From Candidatus Bathyarchaeia archaeon (GTDB lineage Archaea; Thermoproteota; Bathyarchaeia; 40CM-2-53-6): 64,000 nt of DNA. Every line of letters begins with the position of its first letter. Position 1 is the stretch's first letter. This document shows positions 45,284-54,037 of the stretch, one piece after another. A program made the translations under genes and the position numbers. The DNA is taken from contig JBEKVV010000004.1 in assembly GCA_049513715.1 (NCBI GenBank), positions 103,633 through 167,632 of the forward strand, written 5' to 3'. Under the pieces are notes generated by a model that saw only the letters and a list, made by a program, of their open reading frames with translations, searched no databases and was not told where the DNA came from.

Positions 45284-45630
45284 ATGAGCCCGCAATTCAT
45301 CCGCTCCAAAAGAGCTTCCAATCTTAGCAAATCCGTGGAGCTTGAGGCGTTCCTTGGTTCCTGCAGAAACGATTGGCTAAAAGAGAAAGCCGAAGAGGCA
45401 TTCACAGAAATAAAAGCTCATTATGAAATTGGCGACAAGGTCCAGAAGGACAGATGGCCGCGCTATTACGTCTTGACATGGGGATCAACAATCTGTATGT
45501 TCATAAGCTTGGGCGCGACTGGCGCTTAACCTACTCGCTCGTAGCAGATGAAGTAGGAATCATGGCCTTCTGCCTTGAAATCCTGACACACAAGCAATAT
45601 AACAAAAGGTTTGGTTACGGGAACACCTAG
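45284..45630 (+). pseudogene. RelE/ParE-superfamily toxin gene interrupted by a frameshift near 45470
   Basis: Frame 2 gives ...KAEEAFTEIKAHYEIGDKVQKDRWPRYYV. Frame 1 continues ...DMGINNLYVHKLGRDWRLTYSLVADEVGIMAFCLEILTHKQYNKRFGYGNT*. Confidence 0.55.
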
Positions 45631-45887
45631 CGCACGCGGATGCTTTTCGCCAATGCCCGCTTTAACGTGGCGTTGTCAGCGAAGACCCAGACGATTTCAC
45701 GATCATTCAAGATTATTTTGTTGCTTGCTAGCAAGTACTCTATGACACGGTTGAAAGTTTGGTATTGTACCTTGCGCGGGAGGCTTTGCCACAGGGCCTT
45801 CTTGGTCGGATAGTTTTTCGCTTTGTGTATGGCTTCTTCCACCATCAGTATGGTTCCTAGTGTGGGTTCGTGGGCGTTTTTCACCAT
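45627..45887 (-). CDS. Small winged-helix-like hypothetical protein
   Basis: 86 aa, preceded by an AT-rich promoter-like tract at 45940-45990. Confidence 0.45.
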   Translation of the reverse strand: MVKNAHEPTLGTILMVEEAIHKAKNYPTKKALWQSLPRKVQYQTFNRVIEYLLASNKIILNDREIVWVFADNATLKRALAKSIRVR

Positions 45888-46068
45888 CAGACATTTCCTC
45901 TCCCTTAGAGTTACTACTACAGTAGACTACTATGGTAATGTGCTATTTATACATAATTGTATATTATACAAGTATGTATAATGCTTTAATTGTCGGAAAA
46001 CGCTATGCCCGCCACATCCATCAAGGGTTGTCATGAAGATTTTGCTCAAGATCCCTGATCTCATGATG

Positions 46069-46095
46069 TTGGTGGGTTCAAATCCCACCGGCCCA
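46069..46095 (+). repeat. tRNA T-arm/3'-end fragment (copy a of a 21-nt direct repeat)
   Basis: ttggtgggttcaaatcccacc (46069-46089) followed by ggcccaacca. The identical 21-mer recurs at 46741-46761. Confidence 0.7.
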
Positions 46096-46147
46096 ACCAT
46101 CTCGTCTGTGTAATGACCGTTCTTTCACGAGAGTATAATTGAGTCCA

Positions 46148-46411
46148 TCATTTGTAGGCCCTTCCTCTGAACTCGACAGCGAGAACGGCAATCGTTTTGG
46201 ATTCCCAGTCGACCTCATACTCGATGCGGATTTCTCCTATTCGTATTCTGTAGGTGTCATGCATCCCAGCCAGTTTCCTGACATCGTATTCAGGAACTGG
46301 CGCTGGATTCTGACTCAAAGCCTCTAAAACCAGCAGGACTCCACGCGCGTAGTGGCTAGGTATACGCCTAAGCGACTTCCTAGCACGGTTTGAAATAATG
46401 ATTTCGAACAG
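46148..46411 (-). CDS. relE: RelE/ParE family toxin (no ATG/GTG/TTG start; absent from ORF track)
   Basis: (L)FEIIISNRARKSLRRIPSHYARGVLLVLEALSQNPAPVPEYDVRKLAGMHDTYRIRIGEIRIEYEVDWESKTIAVLAVEFRGRAYK*. It begins 5 nt downstream of the antitoxin stop codon. Confidence 0.65.
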   Translation of the reverse strand: MFEIIISNRARKSLRRIPSHYARGVLLVLEALSQNPAPVPEYDVRKLAGMHDTYRIRIGEIRIEYEVDWESKTIAVLAVEFRGRAYK

Positions 46412-46416
46412 GAGAG

Positions 46417-46620
46417 CTACGCACCGAGTTCCTTTCGGAGCTGGCCTAAGGTGACGTAGCGGCCCTTCTCAACCTCTAGCCGACCCTGTCGGATCAGTTT
46501 TCTTTCTCTGGCAGTCACTCGCTCTTCCGGAAGTAGGGCCGCCCTTAAGCGAAGAAGCTCTATCTTCACGTCGTCAAGCTTCGTGATTACTTTACGCAAT
46601 TCAGTCTTGGTTACTGCCAT
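46417..46620 (-). CDS. Antitoxin partner of the RelE/ParE toxin
   Basis: MAVTKTELRKVITKLDDVKIELLRLRAALLPEERVTARERKLIRQGRLEVEKGRYVTLGQLRKELGA. Small and helical, directly upstream of the toxin. Confidence 0.55.
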   Translation of the reverse strand: MAVTKTELRKVITKLDDVKIELLRLRAALLPEERVTARERKLIRQGRLEVEKGRYVTLGQLRKELGA

Positions 46621-46740
46621 TAGATTATCCCGCACATCTGCAGTCTAACCAACTAGTAAAAGAATCTGGCGTCTGGCAGAGCCTTATCTCCTTCCTCCTA
46701 CGGGGTGGGTATTCTACTTAGAAACGTGATTAGTCCCACA

Positions 46741-46761
46741 ATTGGTGGGTTCAAATCCCAC
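46741..46761 (+). repeat. tRNA T-arm fragment (copy b of the 21-nt direct repeat)
   Basis: ttggtgggttcaaatcccacc is identical to 46069-46089. The downstream acceptor-like sequence differs (ctgcccca). Confidence 0.7.
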
Positions 46762-46843
46762 CTGCCCCAGCACTTTCCTGTTTACCCGTTGCCGTCGAGC
46801 ATTGCACCTACTCCATTGGAGGTCGGCATGTGATGTGCTGGTC

Positions 46844-46957
46844 GGTGATGCTTTTACCTTTTCGGGAAACGTAAACCCAGGGAAGCCACCCGAAAAGAAA
46901 CCGCTTAACCGCGGTCTTGGGGAAGGGTCCCGGGTTCAAACCCCGGCGGGCCCGCCA
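46844..46957 (+). pseudogene. Partial second copy of tRNA-Lys(UUU) (from the 30/31 intron 3' end through CCA)
   Basis: GGUGAUG-CUUUUA-CC is identical to 44831-44845. The last 77 nt (46881-46957) match 44866-44942 with 2 mismatches. The interior of the 37/38 intron is unrelated. No acceptor 5' strand lies upstream. Confidence 0.75.
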
Positions 46958-47061
46958 ACTCCCTGTTCCTCATGAATGTCCGCGTGAATCCGAACAGCCT
47001 TCTTGCTGGGGCCCTGCAGATGATGGTCGAGAAGAATGGAAGCTTTTGCATCTAAGCCAGA

Positions 47062-47247
47062 TTAGCTCAGGCGTTTCCCGCATACTCCGCAATGATGTGC
47101 ATATGCTGGGTTCACGTTCCCGCATTTGGGGCAGGTTCCACCCACCATCATTGGTGTCCTGGGGAGTGGTGTCCCGCAGCTGAAGCAATAGCTATTGAAC
47201 GGGGGGTTCCAGGTGCAACATATCGTGCAATAGGAAGAAGCGACCAT
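47062..47247 (-). CDS. Double zinc-ribbon small protein
   Basis: CTICCTW...CFSCG...CPKCG...CGVCG: four CxxC pairs in 61 aa. Confidence 0.5.
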   Translation of the reverse strand: MVASSYCTICCTWNPPFNSYCFSCGTPLPRTPMMVGGTCPKCGNVNPAYAHHCGVCGKRLS

Positions 47248-47292
47248 GATACTCAGTCCAACCTGTAACCCTCAAAAGGGCATCCGAATAAA

Positions 47293-48171
47293 ATGTTTGC
47301 CTTAGCCCATGGTCATGCATCTGCAATTCATATGGAAGGAGGACGCAAAAATCGGCTTGGTCAACGGGAACTGACCTACTGGATTTGGAGTTTGTTTCCT
47401 TTCTTGGAGAACATCGACCCCGTCTATCTTCTCCAGCCCATAATCACAATCGCGTTCAGCATTGGCCTGGTTGTTTTCTGGCACTACTGGCGCAGTTTCA
47501 CGAGAGGCGCACTGATCTATTCCCTCCTTGCCTACGGGGGAGGAATACTGATCAAAATAGTCCTCCAATCCTTCACAGCCAGTGCGTTTGTGGCCCGGTT
47601 CGGGGAGAATCCGTACATTTTGGGGGCGTACTTTGGGCTTCAAACTGTCGTTTTTGAAGTAGGTGGGGCGTTCTTGGTAGCGACTTGGGCGGTTTCCAAA
47701 GGCAAGCTCGCGGCCAAAGACGATGAAGGCTACGGACTGGGACTAGGGCTATGGGAGAACGCAGTAGTGGTCGGTGGGTTTGGTTTGCTGAACCTTTTGA
47801 TAATCTACTTAACATTCGCGTCCGGAGGATCTACAGCTGAAGCCCTACGCGCAGTAGTTGTCAACTCCAATCCTGAACTTTTCGCGCCACCAGTCCAAGC
47901 TTTCACGACGGTGGGATTTGGCTTGTTGGAGCGAGTGTCGTCGCTCATATTCCATTTCGCGTGGGGGCTTCTCTGCGTGCTTTCAGCAGTCACTCGTAAA
48001 CGACTATACTTCGTAGTGGCGTTGCCGATGGGGCTCGTGGACTTTCTCGTTCCATTTTCCAAAATCCTAACGATTCCAGTCTTCGAAACAAGCGTCTTCA
48101 TTCTAGCTGTCCTAGCTCTCCAGTTGTCCCTGTATGTGACGAGGGGAGATCGACAACCACCTCAAACATAG
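47293..48171 (+). CDS. Hypothetical polytopic membrane protein
   Basis: Seven or eight TM helices. No diagnostic motif recognised. Confidence 0.5.
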   Translation: MFALAHGHASAIHMEGGRKNRLGQRELTYWIWSLFPFLENIDPVYLLQPIITIAFSIGLVVFWHYWRSFTRGALIYSLLAYGGGILIKIVLQSFTASAFVARFGENPYILGAYFGLQTVVFEVGGAFLVATWAVSKGKLAAKDDEGYGLGLGLWENAVVVGGFGLLNLLIIYLTFASGGSTAEALRAVVVNSNPELFAPPVQAFTTVGFGLLERVSSLIFHFAWGLLCVLSAVTRKRLYFVVALPMGLVDFLVPFSKILTIPVFETSVFILAVLALQLSLYVTRGDRQPPQT

Positions 48172-48189
48172 GTGAGCTTGCTGTCCCTC

Positions 48190-49623
48190 TCACTGATTTT
48201 CACCGTGACCCATATGCTCCATTTCGTGGTGGTATTGCTCAGGCGTCATTAGGCTTTGGAATGCGCGGTCAACAACCTCGCTCAAGGCAGGATGAATATG
48301 CATCGCATCGAGCAAAGGCCGCGCGCTCTGCTCAGGCGTATACATCAAGTTGATGATTTCCTGAATCAAAACCGACGCTGAAGGTCCAATGATGTGCGCA
48401 CCAAGAATCCTGAGGCCGTTCTTTTCGAGAATAACCTTGACGAAATAGTCTTTCACTGCCATGGCTTCCCCTTTAGCTGTGTCTTGGTAACGCTGAAATC
48501 CGATCAGAGTTCCTTCAGACCCATATTTCTCGATGGCTTCATTCTCTCTGAGTCCAACAGCCGCGACCTCGGGGTATGTGAAGACCGCGTGCGGAACGGC
48601 ATGGTAATCTACAGGGATTCTGCGACTCAAAACCGCGTTATAAAACACTATCCGGGATTCATAATTACCTACATGTTTGAACAAGTACTTACCATGAGCA
48701 TCGCCGAAAGCCCACACGTTGGGTAGTGAAGTTTCCAAGAATTCGTCGACCAACACCCACCCCTTTTCGTCAGTCTTGATTCCTCCCTTGTCAGGGTGGA
48801 GTATGTCGGTTGTCGGTCCACGTCCTGAGGCAATCATGATTTCTTTCGCAGTGATTGTTGTCTTCTCTCCTGTTTTGTGGTCAACGGCAAGTAGGGATTT
48901 TCCGCCGGGTTCGTTCTGTGCGGTCATAACCTCATGGTTTGTGAGAATCGTCATGTGTTTGCTGAGTTCCCGCTTGGCTAGGGCTGAAACCTCAGGCTCT
49001 TCTTGGGGTAGGAATTGTGGGTTTCGGCCGATGATTGTGACCTTTGAACCCATCGCGGACAGAAAATGGCCATACTCGGCGGCGATGTACCCACCGCCTA
49101 CGATGGCTATGCTTTCTGGCAAAGTGGTTTCGTAGAGTATAGTATCGCTTGTCTTGTAACCAACTTCATTCAAGCCTTTGATGGGAGGAATGATGGGCTT
49201 TGAGCCGATGGACAGAAGAATCATCTTGGATCTGATAGTCTCTTCTCGCACCTTCAGTGTATACCGGTCAACGAATTCAGCGACGGCGTGGTAATAGTCG
49301 ATGTTCGGCGATTCGCTCAATCCTTGCCTGATTGAGTTGATGTCGCCATCGATTAGAGTTCTCATGCGCTTCATGACCTTGCCAAAATCAACGTTCCGTA
49401 TTGCCACGTCTATGCCAAAGGTTCCGGCACGTTCGATCTCACGAACAAGTTCGGCTGGGTACAGTAGTATTTTTGATGGGATGCAACCTCGTGTTAGGCA
49501 GATTCCTCCAGGTTCATCTTTGTCGATTACTGCTGCCTTGAGGTCGGGGCTCCTTTGGATCATCCCATCAAGAACGTTCATCGCAGAGCCGGTGCCGATT
49601 GCAATCACATCATACTCTTTCAT
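48190..49623 (-). CDS. Class I pyridine nucleotide-disulfide oxidoreductase (dihydrolipoyl dehydrogenase family)
   Basis: GTGSA FAD motif, redox-active GGICLTRGCIPSK, and C-terminal HIHPALSE His-Glu pair. Confidence 0.85.
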   Translation of the reverse strand: MKEYDVIAIGTGSAMNVLDGMIQRSPDLKAAVIDKDEPGGICLTRGCIPSKILLYPAELVREIERAGTFGIDVAIRNVDFGKVMKRMRTLIDGDINSIRQGLSESPNIDYYHAVAEFVDRYTLKVREETIRSKMILLSIGSKPIIPPIKGLNEVGYKTSDTILYETTLPESIAIVGGGYIAAEYGHFLSAMGSKVTIIGRNPQFLPQEEPEVSALAKRELSKHMTILTNHEVMTAQNEPGGKSLLAVDHKTGEKTTITAKEIMIASGRGPTTDILHPDKGGIKTDEKGWVLVDEFLETSLPNVWAFGDAHGKYLFKHVGNYESRIVFYNAVLSRRIPVDYHAVPHAVFTYPEVAAVGLRENEAIEKYGSEGTLIGFQRYQDTAKGEAMAVKDYFVKVILEKNGLRILGAHIIGPSASVLIQEIINLMYTPEQSARPLLDAMHIHPALSEVVDRAFQSLMTPEQYHHEMEHMGHGENQ

Positions 49624-49824
49624 GGCCTCAGTGAAGAATCAGCGAACATAACAGACTTTTCTTGAACACACTGAAGACCAGCAGCACGCTCTATCAGCAG
49701 CTTGGAAAAAGGACCGAAGTTCGTCCCCGTCGGTTCGAGAACGAGGCATACGCCTATCTTCGCGAAGGAACTTGATGATGGAGTGATAGTTGACGCTTGG
49801 TTAAGTGGACTATTGGACTATGCG

Positions 49825-50172
49825 CTATTCTTTGCGGGTCGCATTTGTTGCGAGTTGGAAGTCTGTGGCCCATTTGATGAGTTGGCTCATGTGGTTTTCT
49901 GCGTTGAATTTGTAGGCTTGAGCGTTGCCCAATTTTCTTGTGGTCGACACCCACCGGAGTTCTTGTAGGTGCTTGAGGCAGTTCTTAGCGGTTTTGAATG
50001 TCAGCCCAGTGCCTTCTGCTATGATGGAGACCGTGAACTCCGCGCTGCCTAGGAGAAGACTTTGGTCCAGGATCCGCGCCATCGGAATCCCCCTACCCAT
50101 TACAGTCACGAAGGGGCCCGCGTCAAAGTATTCGTCCTTCTTACTCGCTCTCACAGCTTCCACCATCATCAT
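49825..50172 (-). CDS. Winged-helix transcriptional regulator
   Basis: FTVSIIAEGTGLTFKTAKNCLKHLQELRWVSTTRKLGNAQAYKF. Confidence 0.6.
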   Translation of the reverse strand: MMMVEAVRASKKDEYFDAGPFVTVMGRGIPMARILDQSLLLGSAEFTVSIIAEGTGLTFKTAKNCLKHLQELRWVSTTRKLGNAQAYKFNAENHMSQLIKWATDFQLATNATRKE

Positions 50173-50224
50173 GATGATGACAATAACTTAATAAATGCTT
50201 CCAATAACATGGTAGCGATTTCCA

Positions 50225-50584
50225 ATGTCTACCGAGGAGCGAACGAAGCTCGCTAAGGGCTTCGTAATGAACAAGATGTATTCCCTCGGATTAATCGGCG
50301 GGAGACACACTTCCGTAGATAACCTTCCGAAAAGCTGCCCGCATGAACTGGAACAAAACGTGAAAGCGGCAATCGACGAACTCCGCAAAGAAAAGCTTCT
50401 GGTAATCAAGCCAACAAGCTACGGGCAACAAGCCTCCGCGACGATGGCCGATCTAGGTCGGAATTACGCGAATGCCTATAGGGAACACGTCAACCTGCCC
50501 GAGACCGATTTCAATCCCACAAAGAAAGTTGAAGCGTCCCCGCTGACCAAGGAGGAATTGAGGAAGCTAAGATTCAAGAAGTGA
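50225..50584 (+). CDS. Hypothetical protein
   Basis: 119 aa, divergent from the wHTH gene. No motif recognised. Confidence 0.4.
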   Translation: MSTEERTKLAKGFVMNKMYSLGLIGGRHTSVDNLPKSCPHELEQNVKAAIDELRKEKLLVIKPTSYGQQASATMADLGRNYANAYREHVNLPETDFNPTKKVEASPLTKEELRKLRFKK

Positions 50585-50847
50585 GTTCCGAATCGGACTT
50601 GGGTGGGTACCGTGCCTCCACTTATGTTGAACTAGTCATAAGTTTCGTCTCAGTGAGATAATTTTGAGGCCTCTCAACACAGAGACATGCACACACTTGA
50701 GATGGGGGGCCCTTCCTTCTTTACAGTTATCGCTTCAATTGATCAGAGGATTCCGACACACACCTCAAAGGTGAGTGAGATCGCAGCTCAGCCTTCCTCG
50801 TTACTTGAGAGCGCGTGTTCCCCTCACTTTTCATGAAGCGAAAAATG

Positions 50848-52332
50848 TCATGGGGGTGCGACTTTGGCTAGGGTTCTTGCTAATTCTACGCAGGGCGCGG
50901 CGTCGTACTCTCTGAGTAAGGTCATTTTCGAGGCTTCAATGGAGCCTTCCGCGTGAATTTGCAGGATCTCGTTGTACCCTCCGAAATCTGATGCTGTTAG
51001 GTCACGAACCAGGTTGATTACCCTAAGTCTGTCTTCCGTAGTCACCGTTTTCTTTCCTCCGAGGTACTTGCGCAAGTACGGTCCAATTTCGGGGGAGCGT
51101 AGGTCCTCTTCAGAAGGCCCAGTGACCGTCAAACCACCAGTCAAATCTTGCACGAGTGCCACGTGTTGATGGTAGTTCGTCGCGAAATGCCATTTGGCGA
51201 TGTTCGAGTAGACTGGGTCTGGGACGGCTAGACCCTCAACCATTCTGCAGTTTAGCGCCGCTTGCTTTGTCAAGCCCTTGACGGTTTCAGAATAGGCAAT
51301 GAGGCGCGCCAATTTTTCCCTAACATGAGAAGCTTCGCCAATTCCGTTCATTTGCGCCATCAAAATTCCCGCTCCCACCAGTAGGTCTAGGAGCGGCGCC
51401 TTGTACGAAACGGCAGTGAACCGGTGGTACTGAACAAACCTCAAGGCGAGAGGGCCTGCAAATTGCACCTCGCCATTCATGAAGACTCTCTCCCACGGCA
51501 CGAATACGTCATCAAATATGGTCACCGACTCGACCATGTGGTGTTGGGAGCTGATCGGATTGTGAAATTCTGAGCCCGTGGTGCCTCCGAAGGGGCTCGC
51601 AACCAGCTTCACTCCCTTCGTATTGGCTGGTACTGCAAACGCTACGGCATACTGCTTGTCCTTCTCCCCGAAGTTGCGTGTGGGAATTACCATGATTTCG
51701 TTGACGCAAGGTCCGTAAGATGTGTGCGCCTTGGCGCCCCTCACGACGATGCCGTCTTTTCTTTCTTCAACCACGCGGACGTAGTAGTCCTCATGTTCCT
51801 GTTCCGAAGGACCAAGGGAACGGTCACCTTTAACATCGGTCTGCGCGACAGCCATAGCCAAGTCATTCTTCATGCAATAATCATGATACTTCGAAACCCG
51901 CTTGAAGTAGTCAGTCCCAAGCTTCGCGTCCATCTGTTTCGAAATAATGTTCATCGCGAACAAGCAGTCAGTTCCAATTTCCTTTATCAGAAGAACTACC
52001 GTACCGCCTAGTCGTGTTCCCAAATCGATGATGCGGCTTCTTTCAAGCAGGTCTTGGGCGTTCTGCGGGATTTTGAAGTATCGGCTATACCGGTCCTTTC
52101 CATTCGGCGTGAATGTGACAGAATCGCGATGCTGTGGGTTCTCAGGAATTTCGAACTCAAGTCCCAAGTGTTTGATAATGGTGTCGAAGAACGGGTGAGT
52201 CGTGACGTCAGAGACTCTTTTGCCTTCGAAGTAGACCTCTCTGTCATCCTGCAGACTCTTGATGAATTCGGGTTTTGTTCTCAAAATGTTCCGCTGCTGA
52301 GATGCTTTGCGGAATGAGGAAACATATAACAT
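50848..52332 (-). CDS. HpaB/AbfD superfamily protein (4-hydroxyphenylacetate 3-hydroxylase / 4-hydroxybutyryl-CoA dehydratase-like)
   Basis: About 494 aa from MLYVSSFRK.... PEFIKSLQDDREVYFEGKRVSDVTTHP N-terminus and acyl-CoA-dehydrogenase-like fold pattern. The start is trimmed to avoid overlap with the divergent TPP-enzyme gene. Confidence 0.7.
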   Translation of the reverse strand: MLYVSSFRKASQQRNILRTKPEFIKSLQDDREVYFEGKRVSDVTTHPFFDTIIKHLGLEFEIPENPQHRDSVTFTPNGKDRYSRYFKIPQNAQDLLERSRIIDLGTRLGGTVVLLIKEIGTDCLFAMNIISKQMDAKLGTDYFKRVSKYHDYCMKNDLAMAVAQTDVKGDRSLGPSEQEHEDYYVRVVEERKDGIVVRGAKAHTSYGPCVNEIMVIPTRNFGEKDKQYAVAFAVPANTKGVKLVASPFGGTTGSEFHNPISSQHHMVESVTIFDDVFVPWERVFMNGEVQFAGPLALRFVQYHRFTAVSYKAPLLDLLVGAGILMAQMNGIGEASHVREKLARLIAYSETVKGLTKQAALNCRMVEGLAVPDPVYSNIAKWHFATNYHQHVALVQDLTGGLTVTGPSEEDLRSPEIGPYLRKYLGGKKTVTTEDRLRVINLVRDLTASDFGGYNEILQIHAEGSIEASKMTLLREYDAAPCVELARTLAKVAPP

Positions 52333-52356
52333 TGAACAGGTCTTTTCGATTAATCT

Positions 52357-54012
52357 ATGGAAGTCAGTGGCGCAGAGGCATTCCTTAACGCCGTTGTGGC
52401 CGAAAGCGTTGATTTCGCTTTTGGTATACCCGGAACTCACATCCTACCAATAATAGAACTGCTGGAAGAGAGCCCGCTCAATTTCGTGAATGTAAGGCAT
52501 GAGGCTGGAGCCGCTGCGATGGCGGACACCTATGGGCGCTTGACAGGCAGACCGGGCGTGTGCCTAGTCACCGCAGGACCAGGAGCCACAAATAGCCTCA
52601 CAGGCGTCGCGCACGCGTTCGCCGCTGCGTCACCGATGTTGCATGTTTCAGGAACTGTCCCAACTACAAGTGGCACGGGAGCCTTTCACGGTGCAGACAA
52701 ACCGAGATTCCTTGAAAGCGTCTTCGCACCGGTCTGTAAGAGGAGTTGCAGCCTGGGGTCGGTCGCTGAAATTCCTCGAGTAGTTCACACGTGCTTTCAA
52801 GAAGCAACTACTGGCAGACGTGGACCAGTTCACCTGGGCCTTCCCCTTGACCTCCTCCTCGCACGGGGCGTCACTGCAAAGCCAAGCCAACGGGTGAAGC
52901 CCATTCGTGCTGTTCGAAACCTCGCCCGAACAGCGAAAATTCTGTCTTCGGCAGCGAGACCCGTCATCCTAGTTGGAGAAGAAGCGAGAGGTTTGGGACG
53001 TGAAGTAGAGATTTTTGCTGAGAAGCTTCAGAGCCCAGTAATATCAACGATGAACGCTTTGGGAGTGTTCCCTCAAGAGAACCACTTGTTTGTTGGATAT
53101 GTTGAGCAATTCTGGCGTCTTCACCCCACAGCATTTGATGTCGTCAAAGAAGCGGATTTGGTGGTCTCGATTGGTGCACGAGCAGCTTCGCCTGAAACCA
53201 ACTGCATAACCTCCGTAGTGGACACTGAATGGCTATTTCTGACCGAGGAAGCTCCGGGGGAGAAGGCGAAGAAAGCCGAGTACGTATCGGGAGACATCAG
53301 GAGAAGTCTTGTGGCGCTTGGGAACAAGCTAGAACCTGCACCCAAACTCAGAGAGAACTGGTCACACAAAGCGGTGGCAGGTCTAAGGTCCTACATGGAA
53401 GAGCTTGACAGGAATGCTGCAGAGAAATCAAGAATCAGACCAATTCACCCAGCCTATGCAGCCCACAGCCTTCTGCAGTTCCTTCCCCGCGACGGAGTCG
53501 TCTGCTCTGATTCCGGAGCCAATGAGATATGGGTCAGAGAATATTTGGGAAACAGAAGAAATTGTGAATACCTCTACTCAGGGACATTCGGTGGCATGGG
53601 TTTTTCGTTGCCAGCTGCGATCGCGGCATCCCTGCTGCGCCCTAACACAAGGATCCTGGCGGTGTCCGGGGACGGTGGGTTGCTCATGAGCCTGATGGAG
53701 TTATCAACGCTCGTTGAACAGAAATCAAACGCCGTGATCGTTGTTTTCAACGATTCCGCTTACGGTATGATGTGGTTGCTTCAACACCACAAGACAACAA
53801 ACCTACTTAATCCTGTTAATTTCGCGAAGGTTGCTGAAGGTTTTGGAGTGAAGTCATGGCGCGTAGAAGAACCCGGGAAGTTGAAGGACAGCCTGTCCGA
53901 AGCGTTTTCAGTACGTGGACCAGCTCTTGTCGACGTCATCGTCGATCACAAGCAGCCTCTGCCCTTCGAACCATGGATGGAAAGATTCAGGCAACAGCAT
54001 CCTGAAGTCTGA
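52357..54012 (+). CDS. Thiamine-diphosphate-dependent enzyme (acetolactate synthase large subunit-like family)
   Basis: N-terminal Pyr domain (GIPGTHILP), central domain, and C-terminal TPP motif GDGGLLMSLMEL...NDSAYG. Confidence 0.8.
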   Translation: MEVSGAEAFLNAVVAESVDFAFGIPGTHILPIIELLEESPLNFVNVRHEAGAAAMADTYGRLTGRPGVCLVTAGPGATNSLTGVAHAFAAASPMLHVSGTVPTTSGTGAFHGADKPRFLESVFAPVCKRSCSLGSVAEIPRVVHTCFQEATTGRRGPVHLGLPLDLLLARGVTAKPSQRVKPIRAVRNLARTAKILSSAARPVILVGEEARGLGREVEIFAEKLQSPVISTMNALGVFPQENHLFVGYVEQFWRLHPTAFDVVKEADLVVSIGARAASPETNCITSVVDTEWLFLTEEAPGEKAKKAEYVSGDIRRSLVALGNKLEPAPKLRENWSHKAVAGLRSYMEELDRNAAEKSRIRPIHPAYAAHSLLQFLPRDGVVCSDSGANEIWVREYLGNRRNCEYLYSGTFGGMGFSLPAAIAASLLRPNTRILAVSGDGGLLMSLMELSTLVEQKSNAVIVVFNDSAYGMMWLLQHHKTTNLLNPVNFAKVAEGFGVKSWRVEEPGKLKDSLSEAFSVRGPALVDVIVDHKQPLPFEPWMERFRQQHPEV

Positions 54013-54037
54013 ACTGCCGACATCGCGCGCGATGTGG

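Noticed and set aside
45900-46068. Complete intron-containing tRNA ending at the 46069-46095 T-arm fragment (UCAUG/CAUGA stem, CUCAAG or CUCAUGA loops)
   Set aside because: No acceptor 5' strand complementary to CGGCCCA and no D-arm could be found. The candidate anticodon loops conflict with the short variable region. Treated as a fragment.
44826-47188. Track ORFs over tRNA-Lys, its partial copy and fragments (44826-45092, 44890-45156, 46742-46975, 46917-47183, 46970-47188), and 46139-46327
   Set aside because: They lie on tRNA-derived sequence or antisense to the RelE toxin gene, and show no protein-like features.
50848-52440. Calling the gene 4-hydroxybutyryl-CoA dehydratase as evidence for an autotrophic HP/HB or DC/HB cycle, and using the 52440 start
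   Set aside because: No CxxxC or His/Cys Fe-S ligand pattern is visible. The first 36 codons overlap the divergent TPP-enzyme gene start region. Only the superfamily call is kept.
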